A stretch of 64,000 bases of DNA from Deltaproteobacteria bacterium (GTDB lineage: Bacteria > SAR324 > NAC60-12): contig JAYOTF010000014.1 in NCBI GenBank assembly GCA_038150265.1, positions 11,186 through 75,185 of the forward strand. The letters are read 5' to 3'. Both the position numbers and the translations under genes were made by a program. This document shows, in pieces, positions 40,053 through 49,833 of this stretch (positions are counted from its first letter, which is position 1; each line of letters begins with the position of its first letter). The notes beneath the pieces were generated by a model. It was not told the DNA's origin. It searched no databases and worked only from the letters and a program-made list of their open reading frames with translations.

Positions 40053-40931
40053 TCAGTGTTGCCCCAACGGCGGGGTGAGGGCATGAATGAAAGAGTGGGA
40101 ATCCAGCAGCACCACCTCCGGCCTACTGTCCTTCCGGTTGAAAAAAAGCCCCTGGGCTGGCGTCCGGAATTGGGCCATCAGCGGATCGGGAAGGGGTTCT
40201 CCATCTTCAAGGGCGAGCCACTCCAGTCCGACGGGGTGTCCGCAGACCGTGACCTCCTGTTCGTCGTGCTGCAGGTGCAGCAGGCTCCGAGGCGCATCCG
40301 GACGGGTCGCCTCCACGCCCAACAGCGTGCTCACGTCAGGCACCTCGGACTCTGCCGGAGCCGCCGAGACGCGCAACACGCACGAGGCTTCCAGGGCCAC
40401 AGGCGGCTCGGTGGCCAGGCGCAGCACCAGGACCTCCTGTTGTGGAGACCGGGCATCAGCGTGGTGAGGAACGGTTCGCTGGATCTCCCGAGCGGCCGCC
40501 TTGAGGTCCAGGAGGCGCTCCAGGTTGAGCAGCGGCACCGCTTGGTCCCGGTAGCTCAGCATGCGCTGCACCAGGGGGCCAAACTGAGCGGGAGGCGCCC
40601 CCAGGTGCGGGCCATCAGGCTCACTGACCCCAATCACCTGGTCCACCAGCACGCCCCACATCAGGCGTTCCTGCTCGACCACAATCACGTTCCCGTCCAG
40701 CCGCTCCTCCTTCAACCCCAGCTTGCGGGAGGCCATCACCACGGGAAGGGCTTCTCCCCTCAGGTTCATCACCCCCAGCAACGCTTCCGGCGCATTCGGC
40801 ACCGGCGTCCAGGGGTTGAGGCGCTGCACCTCCAGCACCGACCGGCGGGGGAGGGCCATGAGCATCCCCGAGACCCGGATGAAGAGCATCTTGCGTGACT
40901 GCGGGGCGTCTTCGAGCAGTGTGTTGGCCAT
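40053..40931 (-). CDS. CheW-domain protein with a degenerate second domain
   Basis: TPVPNAPEALLGVMNLRGEALPVV, GVLVDQVIGV. Confidence 0.82.
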   Translation of the reverse strand: MANTLLEDAPQSRKMLFIRVSGMLMALPRRSVLEVQRLNPWTPVPNAPEALLGVMNLRGEALPVVMASRKLGLKEERLDGNVIVVEQERLMWGVLVDQVIGVSEPDGPHLGAPPAQFGPLVQRMLSYRDQAVPLLNLERLLDLKAAAREIQRTVPHHADARSPQQEVLVLRLATEPPVALEASCVLRVSAAPAESEVPDVSTLLGVEATRPDAPRSLLHLQHDEQEVTVCGHPVGLEWLALEDGEPLPDPLMAQFRTPAQGLFFNRKDSRPEVVLLDSHSFIHALTPPLGQH

Positions 40932-42403
40932 CAGAGCACCTGATCCCGGAGCTGCACCAGGGCCTGCTCTGTGCTGGCCAGGCGTTCCGACTCGTTCCGC
41001 AAGGACTGCTTGACGGCATTCAGCCGGTCCCGGTCTTCTCGGACGGATTCCAGCACCGAGTGCGAGTCGGCCAGCACGAGCTCCAGCGTCTCCCGGCAGT
41101 AGTTGAGGTTTTCCAGCTGGTGCTGCTCGCGGTCCAGCAGGTGCTCCAGCTCCAGGCTCTGCCCCCGCAGCTCCAGCCGGAAGTGCCGCAGCTGTTCCTG
41201 AACCTGTCCCGCCACCGTGGAGGCATTCCCTGCGAGCTGGCGAGACTCCTGAATGAGGTTCAGCACCGCCTGGCGCTCATCGTCATCCAGGGCATCGGCA
41301 CTTCCGCTGTGGGCCGACAGCAGCTCCGTCTGCACACAGGCCTGCAGCCACTCCTCCAGCTCGCCTTCCATGCGCCACGCGTGCTGAATGAGCCCATCCA
41401 GGTCGTGCAGGAGGGTCCGGAGGTGCTCATGGGACGCCTGAGCAGACGTTGCCATGCTGCTCAGCACCACCAGGCTTTGGGTCAGGCGCTTGATCTCATC
41501 ATCAAGGTGCTTGCGGGTCTGCTCCGTCACCTCCGACATCGCCTGAAACTCCTTCTCCAGCTCCAGTCCCAGCCCCCGGGCACGCAGGATCAGGTCCCGC
41601 TGCCGCCCCAGCTCCTGCTGCAGGAGGAGGCTGGTTTCCGCGCTCAGCTCTGTTGCATTCCGACTCTCCGGAGCCACTTGCGTGAGGCGTTGGGACTCCC
41701 GGAAGCGGTCCAGGGGACGCAGGGCACAGGCTTCGGCAGCGAGTTCAGTGAAGTGGACCACTTCCTGTTCCTGCCCCCGGAGGACCCGAGACGCCCAGGA
41801 AACGCCATCGCGGAGCAGCAGCACATCGGTCTTGATGCGGATCAGGCCTTCCGGATGATAAAGCGACGACTTGTCCTCTTCGTGACGGAGGGTGGTGAAG
41901 CGGTCCCGCCACCCCTGAAGCTGAGACGCCCCCTGCGTCACCCACTCGGAGAGGGAGAGCAGCATCTGCTCACTGACGGCCGACAGGGTGGCCGTGACTT
42001 CAGAGATGTGCCCCAGGTTCCGGACCCGCTGCTTGCGAGAGGTTTCCAGCGCCGCATTCATGGCCAGAAACCGGACCTCGCCATCGAGGCGGGTGACCGA
42101 GGTCTTCAGGTGCTGCTGGACCTCCTGGCGGATCTCGTCCAGGACCGTTGCACTCTCGGCGACCTTGGTGTGCAGGGATCCCGAGACCTCCATGGCGGCA
42201 TGCAGGGACGAAAGGTTCTGGGCCAACTCCTGGGCCAGCCCCCGGAGGCTGTGAAAGCGGGCGCCGGTTTCCAGCAGCTCCTGGCTGCTCTGGCGGACCT
42301 GCTCCCGGATGGCCTGAGAGGAGGCTTTGAACTCGCGCAGTTCCGTGGACAGGGTCGCTAAGGACGCCCCCAGCTCTTCGGACTGCTGGAGGTGCTGAGG
42401 CAT
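40931..42403 (-). CDS. Degenerate cytoplasmic MCP-like coiled-coil protein
   Basis: RFLAMNAALETSR resembles the MCP tip; no TM; lies between STAS and CheW-like genes. Confidence 0.65.
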   Translation of the reverse strand: MPQHLQQSEELGASLATLSTELREFKASSQAIREQVRQSSQELLETGARFHSLRGLAQELAQNLSSLHAAMEVSGSLHTKVAESATVLDEIRQEVQQHLKTSVTRLDGEVRFLAMNAALETSRKQRVRNLGHISEVTATLSAVSEQMLLSLSEWVTQGASQLQGWRDRFTTLRHEEDKSSLYHPEGLIRIKTDVLLLRDGVSWASRVLRGQEQEVVHFTELAAEACALRPLDRFRESQRLTQVAPESRNATELSAETSLLLQQELGRQRDLILRARGLGLELEKEFQAMSEVTEQTRKHLDDEIKRLTQSLVVLSSMATSAQASHEHLRTLLHDLDGLIQHAWRMEGELEEWLQACVQTELLSAHSGSADALDDDERQAVLNLIQESRQLAGNASTVAGQVQEQLRHFRLELRGQSLELEHLLDREQHQLENLNYCRETLELVLADSHSVLESVREDRDRLNAVKQSLRNESERLASTEQALVQLRDQVL

Positions 42404-42756
42404 TACGCGGCTCCACTCGATTTGAAGTCCCAGAGGGCCTGGTCTTCGGTTTCATGAATCTTGATGAACCGGGAGAAGCCACAGATGTCCAGGATCTCAT
42501 GCACCTGATCTCCCACCTGCACCAGGGCAAATTCCCGGTTCTGGGCCTTGAGCTGCTTGTAGCAGTCTGCCACGAGGCCAATGCCACTGGAGGTGATGTA
42601 GTTCAGCTCGCTGCAGTCGAGGATGAGCCCACTGCTTTCCGTGTCCTCGAGGTACGTGTTGAGGTTCTCCCGCGTCTCTCGTGAGGCTTCAAGCCCCAGT
42701 TGCTCTCCCAGTGTCACAACGTGCACGGAATCCACTTTCTTGTGCTTCAACGGCAT
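42403..42756 (-). CDS. Anti-sigma-factor antagonist (STAS)
   Basis: LILDCSELNYITSSGIG, EILDICGF. Confidence 0.9.
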   Translation of the reverse strand: MPLKHKKVDSVHVVTLGEQLGLEASRETRENLNTYLEDTESSGLILDCSELNYITSSGIGLVADCYKQLKAQNREFALVQVGDQVHEILDICGFSRFIKIHETEDQALWDFKSSGAA

Positions 42757-42769
42757 CAGGCGGTCTCGG

Positions 42770-44926
42770 TTAAAGTAACAAACTCAGATCTTCCCCTGTC
42801 AGGACCAGCAAGGGGGCACCTGTTCCCATCACAATGCACCCCTCAAAGCCTCCTTCTGCGAGGAAGGGATGCAGGAAGGGGCGGATGACCCCCTGAGTGA
42901 ACTTGAGGATGCGGTCGGCATGAAAGGCCATCTGCTGGCGTCGGGAATCCTCCAGCACCAGAATCACACCCGCCTGGGGCGCCCCAGGCGCCTGCCCCAG
43001 CCCCAGCCGGGCCTGGAGGTCGAGGTAGTGACACGCAATGCCTCGGTGCCGGAACACCCCATTTTCCGGAACCTCCGGATGCAGCGACAGGTCCACAATC
43101 TCTCGGATGACGTCGTACCGGACCGCAATGGTCCGTCCCGCCAGTTCCACCACCAGCACCTTGCGGGACTGCAACCCCAGGCGCAGTGGACAGAAGAGGG
43201 TGATCTCGGAACCCTTCCCGAGCTCCGAGGCAATGCGGACGTCGCCCCCGTGGTGCCGGATCGTGCTGGCCACCACATCCATGCCCACCCCGCGGCCGGA
43301 CACATTGGTGACCTTCTCCGCCATGGAGAAACCGGGCGCCATGAGCAGCTCAAACACCTCCTCATCGGTGTACTCGGCATCAGGCTGCGCCAGCCCCCGC
43401 TCCAAGGCTTTGTTGAGGACCCGCTGGACGTCAATGCCGTTGCCGTCATCGGAGACGGTCAGGCAGAGCATTTCCGGCTCCAGACGCGCTGCGACCCGCA
43501 GGTTTCCGACGTCGGGCTTCCCCCTTTGCTTGCGGACATCCGGCGTCTCAATGCCATGGTCGAGCGAGTTCCGGATCAGGTGCACAAACGGATCGCCCAG
43601 GAGGTCAATCACCGAGCGATCCACTTCCAGGTGCTCGCCTCGCAGCTCCAGCGACACCCGCTTGCCCAGGTCCCGCTCCAGCTGCCGGAGCATCCGGGGC
43701 AGTCGATCGAACAGCTCACTCAGGCGAGACGCCCGGAGCTGCTGCAGCGACTCCTGAAGGCCGCCGAAGCGCTGCTGCACGCGTTGAACCGCCCCCCGCA
43801 TTTCGAGAGACATCCGGGGGTCGAGGCTCTGGCGGGTCTCCTGCTCCAGGGCATCCAGGTGGTTCAGCTCCGTCACCACCTCTTCAGCATGACGCGTGAA
43901 CTCGTTGAGGTCGTCCATGCCGATGCGGATCATCTCGCGCCGGGGCGCCTGAGCCGCATTGGCCGGAGCAGGCGCACTGGCCGGAGCAGGCGTCCGGGCG
44001 GAGCCGAGCCCGAGCATTTCGAGCGCAAACTCACTGGCATCATGGGAGCGGACGTTGCACTTGCGCTCCAGGCCTTCCACCCAGAACTGCTTCCAGAACT
44101 GCTCCACCATGTCAGGAACCAGGCGGGCCAGGGCGCTGAGCGAGTCCCAGTCCAGCACCGGCTCAGGCGCATCCGGATAGAGGAGCCGGTCCATCTGCTG
44201 CACCAGCGGTTCATAGCGCTCAATGCCCTCCGGCGGCAACCCTGCGCCCGCGGCAATCAGCTCCTCCAGCCCAATCAGCACCTCCCGGACCCCTGGGGTG
44301 ATGTCGTCTCCCTCCGGAGTCAGCACCGACTCCAGCAGAACGCTCCGGACCACCACGTCCACCTCAAGGGATTGCTTCTTGGCAAAGTAGGTTTCCAGCG
44401 TGTCCAGGGCATCCAGCACCTCCTGAGGCGGAGGCGCCGCGGCACTGCGGGCCCGTCCAGACTCTGCCTGCTCCACCAGGTTCCGGAGGCGGTTGGCCAG
44501 GGGCTCCACTTTTTCCTCGGAAGGCTCCTCCTTGTTGAGGCCCTGCAGGAAGCGGTCGAAGCGGTCATCGAGCTTCATCTCCTGCTGCCGCATCCGCTCC
44601 AGCGCATCCTGAAGCAGGTCAATGCCTTCCAGCACCCGGGTCTGCTCGCTTTCGCGCAGCGCCCGGTTCTGTCCCTTGAGCTGCTGGAGGTAGCTTTCAA
44701 AGACGTGGGCAAAGGACTGGAGCGCCATGAGGTCAAAGAACCCGGCGGTGCCCTTGACGGTGTGGACCCAGCGGAAGATTGCGGCCAGGGTCTCAATGGG
44801 CTGCTCCTCCAGATGCTCCAGGTCTTCCTGAATCAGCTCCAGGCCGTTGAGGGATTCCTCCACAAAGGCCTGAATGATCTCGGGGTCAAAGAAGGAGTTG
44901 ACTTCCGGAGTCGTCGTGTCGCTCAT
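42770..44926 (-). CDS. cheA: Chemotaxis-like histidine kinase CheA (2)
   Basis: FRWVHTVKG, DPFVHLIRNSLDHGIE, DDGNGID, SGRGVGMDVV; start trimmed to ATG 44926. Confidence 0.93.
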   Translation of the reverse strand: MSDTTTPEVNSFFDPEIIQAFVEESLNGLELIQEDLEHLEEQPIETLAAIFRWVHTVKGTAGFFDLMALQSFAHVFESYLQQLKGQNRALRESEQTRVLEGIDLLQDALERMRQQEMKLDDRFDRFLQGLNKEEPSEEKVEPLANRLRNLVEQAESGRARSAAAPPPQEVLDALDTLETYFAKKQSLEVDVVVRSVLLESVLTPEGDDITPGVREVLIGLEELIAAGAGLPPEGIERYEPLVQQMDRLLYPDAPEPVLDWDSLSALARLVPDMVEQFWKQFWVEGLERKCNVRSHDASEFALEMLGLGSARTPAPASAPAPANAAQAPRREMIRIGMDDLNEFTRHAEEVVTELNHLDALEQETRQSLDPRMSLEMRGAVQRVQQRFGGLQESLQQLRASRLSELFDRLPRMLRQLERDLGKRVSLELRGEHLEVDRSVIDLLGDPFVHLIRNSLDHGIETPDVRKQRGKPDVGNLRVAARLEPEMLCLTVSDDGNGIDVQRVLNKALERGLAQPDAEYTDEEVFELLMAPGFSMAEKVTNVSGRGVGMDVVASTIRHHGGDVRIASELGKGSEITLFCPLRLGLQSRKVLVVELAGRTIAVRYDVIREIVDLSLHPEVPENGVFRHRGIACHYLDLQARLGLGQAPGAPQAGVILVLEDSRRQQMAFHADRILKFTQGVIRPFLHPFLAEGGFEGCIVMGTGAPLLVLTGEDLSLLL

Positions 44927-45345
44927 GAGCCTCCTTTGCGGGCCTCTCGGGCGAGCTGCAACCAGTAATTGCGCCGCCGGAGCATCGTCTTGACGGCGTG
45001 GCCAAAGGAGTCCCAGTCGAGGGGAAAGAAGAACAGGTAGTCGGCGCCTTGCCGGTTGCTCCGGGCCACGGCTTCCAGGTCCTTCTCCCGGGCCAGGAAG
45101 ATCAGGCTGGTGGAGGGCGCCAGTTGCCGAGCCCGCTTCTTCCACTCAAAGCCATCAAAGCTGTCGCAGTTGATTTCAATGAGCAGCAGGTGGCACGGGT
45201 TGCGGCTGAGGAAGCTCATGAAGCCCTTGGGACTGTGGTGGTAGACCACCTCATAGTCGTCCTTGAAGAAGGTCTTCAGCTCCTCATTGGTCTCGGGCTC
45301 CGCCAGGGTCGCCGTGATGAAAGAGGCCTGAGGGGGCTCCGTCAT
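44923..45345 (-). CDS. Pseudo-receiver domain protein
   Basis: REC fold cues (HLLLIEIN..DGFE, GADYLFFFP) with Glu at the phospho-Asp position and no conserved Lys. Confidence 0.7.
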   Translation of the reverse strand: MTEPPQASFITATLAEPETNEELKTFFKDDYEVVYHHSPKGFMSFLSRNPCHLLLIEINCDSFDGFEWKKRARQLAPSTSLIFLAREKDLEAVARSNRQGADYLFFFPLDWDSFGHAVKTMLRRRNYWLQLAREARKGGS

Positions 45346-46223
45346 GCGTCCTCCCAGCGCTTGATCATCGTGATGCGGTTGCCGCTGTCACTCCACTCCA
45401 CCGCATCCATGATGCCCTTGATGAGCAACAGCCCCCGCCCATGCGTTTGCGTGGGGCTCGCATTGACGGCGCCTCGGTAGGCCGACGGGTCAAAGCCCGG
45501 GCCTTCGTCTTCCAGGGAGACCCGGAGCATCTCGGCGTCCAGGTCCACCTGAATCCGGACCTGACGGTCCTTGAAGGCCGGGTCCTCCATCCGAGAGGCG
45601 ACCATCTCCTCAAACTGCTCCCACGACTCATCCTTCAGGGATGACGGCAGCTCCAGGTTGCCGTGGATGACGGAGTTGGTCAGCGACTCCTGGAGGCAGA
45701 GGTCAATGAGGTGCACCGGAACCTGATTGCTTTCACAGAGGGGACGGTAGAGGGACCGCAGCGTCTGCACCGTGGCGGCCACCAGATCCGGACGGCTGGG
45801 AACCAGCAGGCGCAGCTTGAGGTTGCTGACCCCAAGGAGCTCCGTCTGGCGGTTGGTTTCTTGCTGCCGGACCTTGAGGCGATCGAGGGCCGACTGGAGG
45901 ACATGAAAGGCAAAGGGCTTGAGGATGAGGTCCACGGCGCCCAGCTTGAGGGCCTCCACCGAGGTCTGCACATCGCCATGCCCGGTGATCAGGATCGTCG
46001 GCGTCATGATGCGTCCCCGGACCATGCGCCGCAGGAGCTCCATGCCATCCATCACAGGCATGCGAATGTCCGAGAGGACCGCATCAAAGCCGGGGCCGTC
46101 CTTCAGGAGCTTGAGGGCCTCCTCTCCGTTTCCGGCGGCTTCCACCTCATAATCCGCATCCTCAAGCAGCTCAACCAGCGAGTCGCGCCACCCGGGTTCA
46201 TCATCGACCACCAGCAGCCTCAT
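45342..46223 (-). CDS. REC - RsbW/SpoIIAB-type anti-sigma Ser kinase
   Basis: REC (SDIRMP, KPF) plus ESLTNSVIHGN, EDEGPGFD, HGRGLLLI. Confidence 0.9.
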   Translation of the reverse strand: MRLLVVDDEPGWRDSLVELLEDADYEVEAAGNGEEALKLLKDGPGFDAVLSDIRMPVMDGMELLRRMVRGRIMTPTILITGHGDVQTSVEALKLGAVDLILKPFAFHVLQSALDRLKVRQQETNRQTELLGVSNLKLRLLVPSRPDLVAATVQTLRSLYRPLCESNQVPVHLIDLCLQESLTNSVIHGNLELPSSLKDESWEQFEEMVASRMEDPAFKDRQVRIQVDLDAEMLRVSLEDEGPGFDPSAYRGAVNASPTQTHGRGLLLIKGIMDAVEWSDSGNRITMIKRWEDA

Positions 46224-47422
46224 GAGGCCTCCTTTTGCTCCAGAGCATGCACCTCCACCCCCATCAGGGTGGCATCGTCATCAAAGCGGTCCTTGCCAGC
46301 AAAGTTCAGCACCGACTGCATGATCTTCTGGGTCATGCTGGAGAGGCTTTCATTGCGGAGGCTGAAGAGCGTCTTGCGCAAGCGGGGCTCGCCAAACAGC
46401 TCGGAGCTGCGGTTCTTGCCCCACGCCGGGTTGGTTTCCAGCAACGCGTCCGTGTAGATGAGGATCCGGTCACCCGGATTGAGCAGCACCTTGCCCTCGC
46501 CATACTGAACCACGTCGCTGGGCAACACCCCCAGCACCACGCCCTCGGTGGAGAGGCTGATGATCTCATCGTCCCCCTTGCGGATCAGGTAGGCCGGAGG
46601 GTGTCCGGCACAGGTGTAGGTCAGCTCATGGGTCTGCTCATCAAAGACCATGTAGAACAGGCTCGCGAAGCGTCCCGGAGGCATGTAGTCGTTGAGGGTG
46701 TCGTTGATGCGAGAGATGGCCTCCTGCGTTGAGCTGTGGCTCCCTCCCACCTGCCGGAAGGTGAGGCGGAGCATCATGGCAATCATTGAGGCAGACAGTC
46801 CATGACCCGTGACATCCGCGACCACCATCCCAATGAGGTGATCATTGAGGCGGAGGACGTCATAGAAGTCGCCGCCCACCTCATCCATCGGGATGAACTC
46901 CGCCTGAATCTGCAGGTGTTCGGAAATGTTGAGGCTGTGGGGCAGCAGCAGCTCCTGCGCCACCCGGGCCTGCTCCAGGTCGTAACGGCTTTGCTTCTGC
47001 AGGGAGATCAGGTGCTCATTCAGCATCTCCACCATCTCCAGGTGCCCATTCATGCGCCGGTTCTCCTGCAGCAGCTCGTGGTGCTTCAGAAAGACCGGAA
47101 AGAGGTGCTCCAGGATCTGGTCCGGATGCTCCTGCAGGAAGGAAAACTGAATCAGGTTCAGGTCCTCTTGCGCCTCCTCGTCTCCAATGCAGATCGCCAG
47201 CGTCTCCGGATACTTGTCCTGAAACCGCCTCAGCTCCTCGCCACTCCGGCCAATGATGATCTCCGGAGAGGCGCCTCCGGGCTGGAGGGTGCTGAGGACC
47301 TCCTCCACTTCCTGATACAGCTCCACCGTGAACAGGTGCCCGAGCTGCTGCTCCAGGATCAGGAACTCCGGTGTGGAGCCCACCAGCAGGATGAGGTTCG
47401 GTTTGGGAAACTGAGGACTCAT
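46220..47422 (-). CDS. PP2C (RsbU/SpoIIE-type) Ser phosphatase
   Basis: VGGDFYD, VADVTGHG, CAGHPP, YTDALLE, DDDATL. Confidence 0.93.
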   Translation of the reverse strand: MSPQFPKPNLILLVGSTPEFLILEQQLGHLFTVELYQEVEEVLSTLQPGGASPEIIIGRSGEELRRFQDKYPETLAICIGDEEAQEDLNLIQFSFLQEHPDQILEHLFPVFLKHHELLQENRRMNGHLEMVEMLNEHLISLQKQSRYDLEQARVAQELLLPHSLNISEHLQIQAEFIPMDEVGGDFYDVLRLNDHLIGMVVADVTGHGLSASMIAMMLRLTFRQVGGSHSSTQEAISRINDTLNDYMPPGRFASLFYMVFDEQTHELTYTCAGHPPAYLIRKGDDEIISLSTEGVVLGVLPSDVVQYGEGKVLLNPGDRILIYTDALLETNPAWGKNRSSELFGEPRLRKTLFSLRNESLSSMTQKIMQSVLNFAGKDRFDDDATLMGVEVHALEQKEAS

Positions 47423-47425
47423 GGC

Positions 47426-47770
47426 TCAGGAGGCAAGGCGTTCGAGGGCCACTTCCAGAGAAGGCGTGACCTGAAGGAAGCGGTCAATCTGCGTCAAGGC
47501 GATCGTCTGACGGACCACCTCGTTGGGACCACTGAGGAGGAAGGGAATGCGGTGACTGAGGGAAAGCTTGGAGCCGAACAGGATGATGCCAATTCCGGAC
47601 GAGTCGAGAAAGTCCAGGTCTTCGAGGCTCAGCACAATTCCAGACGGCGTTTCCTTGACCAACTCCTCCAGCTGCTGCTTGAGCTTGGACACGTTGGAGC
47701 TTTCCAGCGTCCCGGCAAGGGTGACCACCTGAACGGCGCCACTGGTGCTGAGTTCGATTTGTAGGGACAC
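47426..47770 (-). CDS. Anti-sigma-factor antagonist (STAS)
   Basis: LAGTLE, LDFLDSSGIG. Confidence 0.9.
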   Translation of the reverse strand: MSLQIELSTSGAVQVVTLAGTLESSNVSKLKQQLEELVKETPSGIVLSLEDLDFLDSSGIGIILFGSKLSLSHRIPFLLSGPNEVVRQTIALTQIDRFLQVTPSLEVALERLAS

Positions 47771-47845
47771 GTGAGGCGACCTTTCGAAGGGGAAACGGCA
47801 GGTTCGAGAGTTGGGAACGTGCGGGGTTCATCCAAGAATGGGTGA

Positions 47846-47904
47846 TTCCTTCCATCACTTTGGAAGGAAAGTGGCCATCATATCCGTCCAGTATTTTATT
47901 TCAA
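47846..47904 (-). promoter_or_regulatory. sigma70-type promoter plus 5' hairpin heading the long minus-strand signalling cluster
   Basis: TTGAAA-16nt-TATGAT (47877-47904) followed by TTCCTTCCA-N6-TGGAAGGAA (47846-47869). Confidence 0.55.
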
Positions 47905-48015
47905 GCTGATGTTTAGGAAAAATAGTGGATTATTGTTCCGGTCTCAGACCCCTTTTAAAGGTCGCCTTTTTCGCCATCAGGCTTGACATTTCAAGCGGCG
48001 CCCAACGGCTGATTT

Positions 48016-49803
48016 TCACGTTGCCTCAGAGGCTGGAAGCCAGATCCGGAAGGTGGCGCCTCGTTCGCCATCTTCATAGGCCACACCGCCCCCTTGCTCC
48101 CGCATCAGGTTGTAGGCAATGGAGAGCCCCAGCCCCGTTCCCTTTCCCAATTCCTTGGTGGTAAAAAAGGGATCAAACAGCTGTCCCTGCTGCTGTTTGG
48201 GGACCCCCGGGCCGTTGTCGGTCAGCCGCATCTCCACCTGCGCGGCTCCGGTCGTGAGGGGCTGGACGGTGACCGCGACCAGCAGGAATCGATTGGACTC
48301 CCCCTCCATGGCATCCAGCGCGTTATTCAGCAGGTTCAGCAGCACCTGTTCCGTCTGTCCCGGGTTTCCTTCCACACGCGGCAGGCCGTCAGGCCAGCTC
48401 TCCTGCACGGAAACCCCCTCATTCAGGAGCCGGTGCCGGATCAGGCTCAGTGCGTTGTTGAATGTCACCGGGAGTTCAAAAGCGGTCCGGACCTGCTCAT
48501 CCATTCGCCCAAAGGTCCGGACGTGATCGATGATGGCAGCCACCCGGCTGCAGGATTCCTGCGCCTTGGCCGTGGTCTGCAGGAGCTTCTCCCGAGGGAG
48601 CACCCGCTGGCGGATCAGTTCGAGGGAGAGGGAGATGTGAGCCAGTGGGGTGTTGATCTCATGGGCCATTCCAGTTGCCATCCGCCCCAATGAGTGCAGC
48701 TTCTCCTTGTGATACATTTCCTCCTGCAGGAAGGCCTCATTCCTCAGCTTCAGGGCCTTCAGGCGCGCAAACTTCCAGGAGGCGTACAGCAGCGCCAGGC
48801 CAAACAGGCAGTAGATCCCGAACAGGGGCACAAACTCCTGCAGCACCTGCTGGGCGAACTCATCGGCATCCAGAAACGAAATGAAGTACAACTGCTGGTT
48901 GCTGAACACCACGTCACCTCCCCGGTTAAGGGGCAGGTGGGTGGGAGAAAAACGGGTAAAACAGGCAATGCCCTCTTCATTCCTCAGGCACTGGCTCCGG
49001 AGAGTCGTCTCCTGCATCGCCTTCCAGGTGAGCGGTTTTTGCAGACGAAGGTTCTCGGCCTTCCGGTCCGGCAAACTTCCTCCCCATTCCTGGCTCGGGG
49101 CTTCCCCCATCACGTAGTAGCCGTCCTGATCCACCACCACCGACCGGGTCTGTTCTTCAGAACGTTCCACCTCTTTCAGCGCATCCAGCAGGTCGGCCCC
49201 CAGGTAGTTGAGCACCACAATGCTCACCGGAGCGTAAGACGAGGCCCCAGCCTTCAGCACGACCCGAAGGACTGGCTTGAGTGGGCGTTCCACCACGCCC
49301 CCCTCCACATTCAGGTCCAGCGCAGAAATGTAATACTGGTTGTGCTCCAGCCGGAGGCCTTCCTGAAAGTAGTAGCGGTCCCGTTTGCTCTGGAGTTGGC
49401 TCGGGGGCACCTTTTCCACGTCCCCCTCCCTGAAGTTGTAGCGCACCTGTTCCTGCCCAGAGGCGTCTAGCAAGCGGAACTGGTCATAGACCCCTCGGCT
49501 CTTCATGAACTCAGTCATGGTCTCATCCAGGTGGTCATGCGTTCCAAAGTCTCGGAACCCCACCTTGATGAAGCGCGCATCCGAGACCAGCAGGTCCACC
49601 TTTTCGCGCAACACCGCGGCTCCGAACACGGGGAACAGCAACTCCTCCGAATGGAGGGCGAGCGTTTTTTCGGCAACGAGCGAACGCCACGTGAGCCAGC
49701 TCAGGGTGACGATGAACACCACCACAGCCATGAGCAGACTCACAAACAGCCTCCGGTAGCTCTCCCAACCAATGGAGTCAGAGATCAGCTTGGACGTGGG
49801 CAC
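48016..49803 (-). CDS. Membrane histidine kinase with Cache-like sensor
   Basis: YDQFRLLDASGQEQVR, LQSKRDRYYF, YISALDLNVE; GMAHEINTPL, DNGPGV, GTGLGL. Confidence 0.92.
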   Translation of the reverse strand: MPTSKLISDSIGWESYRRLFVSLLMAVVVFIVTLSWLTWRSLVAEKTLALHSEELLFPVFGAAVLREKVDLLVSDARFIKVGFRDFGTHDHLDETMTEFMKSRGVYDQFRLLDASGQEQVRYNFREGDVEKVPPSQLQSKRDRYYFQEGLRLEHNQYYISALDLNVEGGVVERPLKPVLRVVLKAGASSYAPVSIVVLNYLGADLLDALKEVERSEEQTRSVVVDQDGYYVMGEAPSQEWGGSLPDRKAENLRLQKPLTWKAMQETTLRSQCLRNEEGIACFTRFSPTHLPLNRGGDVVFSNQQLYFISFLDADEFAQQVLQEFVPLFGIYCLFGLALLYASWKFARLKALKLRNEAFLQEEMYHKEKLHSLGRMATGMAHEINTPLAHISLSLELIRQRVLPREKLLQTTAKAQESCSRVAAIIDHVRTFGRMDEQVRTAFELPVTFNNALSLIRHRLLNEGVSVQESWPDGLPRVEGNPGQTEQVLLNLLNNALDAMEGESNRFLLVAVTVQPLTTGAAQVEMRLTDNGPGVPKQQQGQLFDPFFTTKELGKGTGLGLSIAYNLMREQGGGVAYEDGERGATFRIWLPASEAT

Positions 49804-49833
49804 ACGCCTCCTGACACGGCGAAACTCAACGTG

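Noticed and set aside
47981..47996. GCTTGA-CATT-TCAAGC as an FNR box
   Set aside because: Spacing does not fit TTGAT-N4-ATCAA; a 6-bp palindrome alone is weak evidence.
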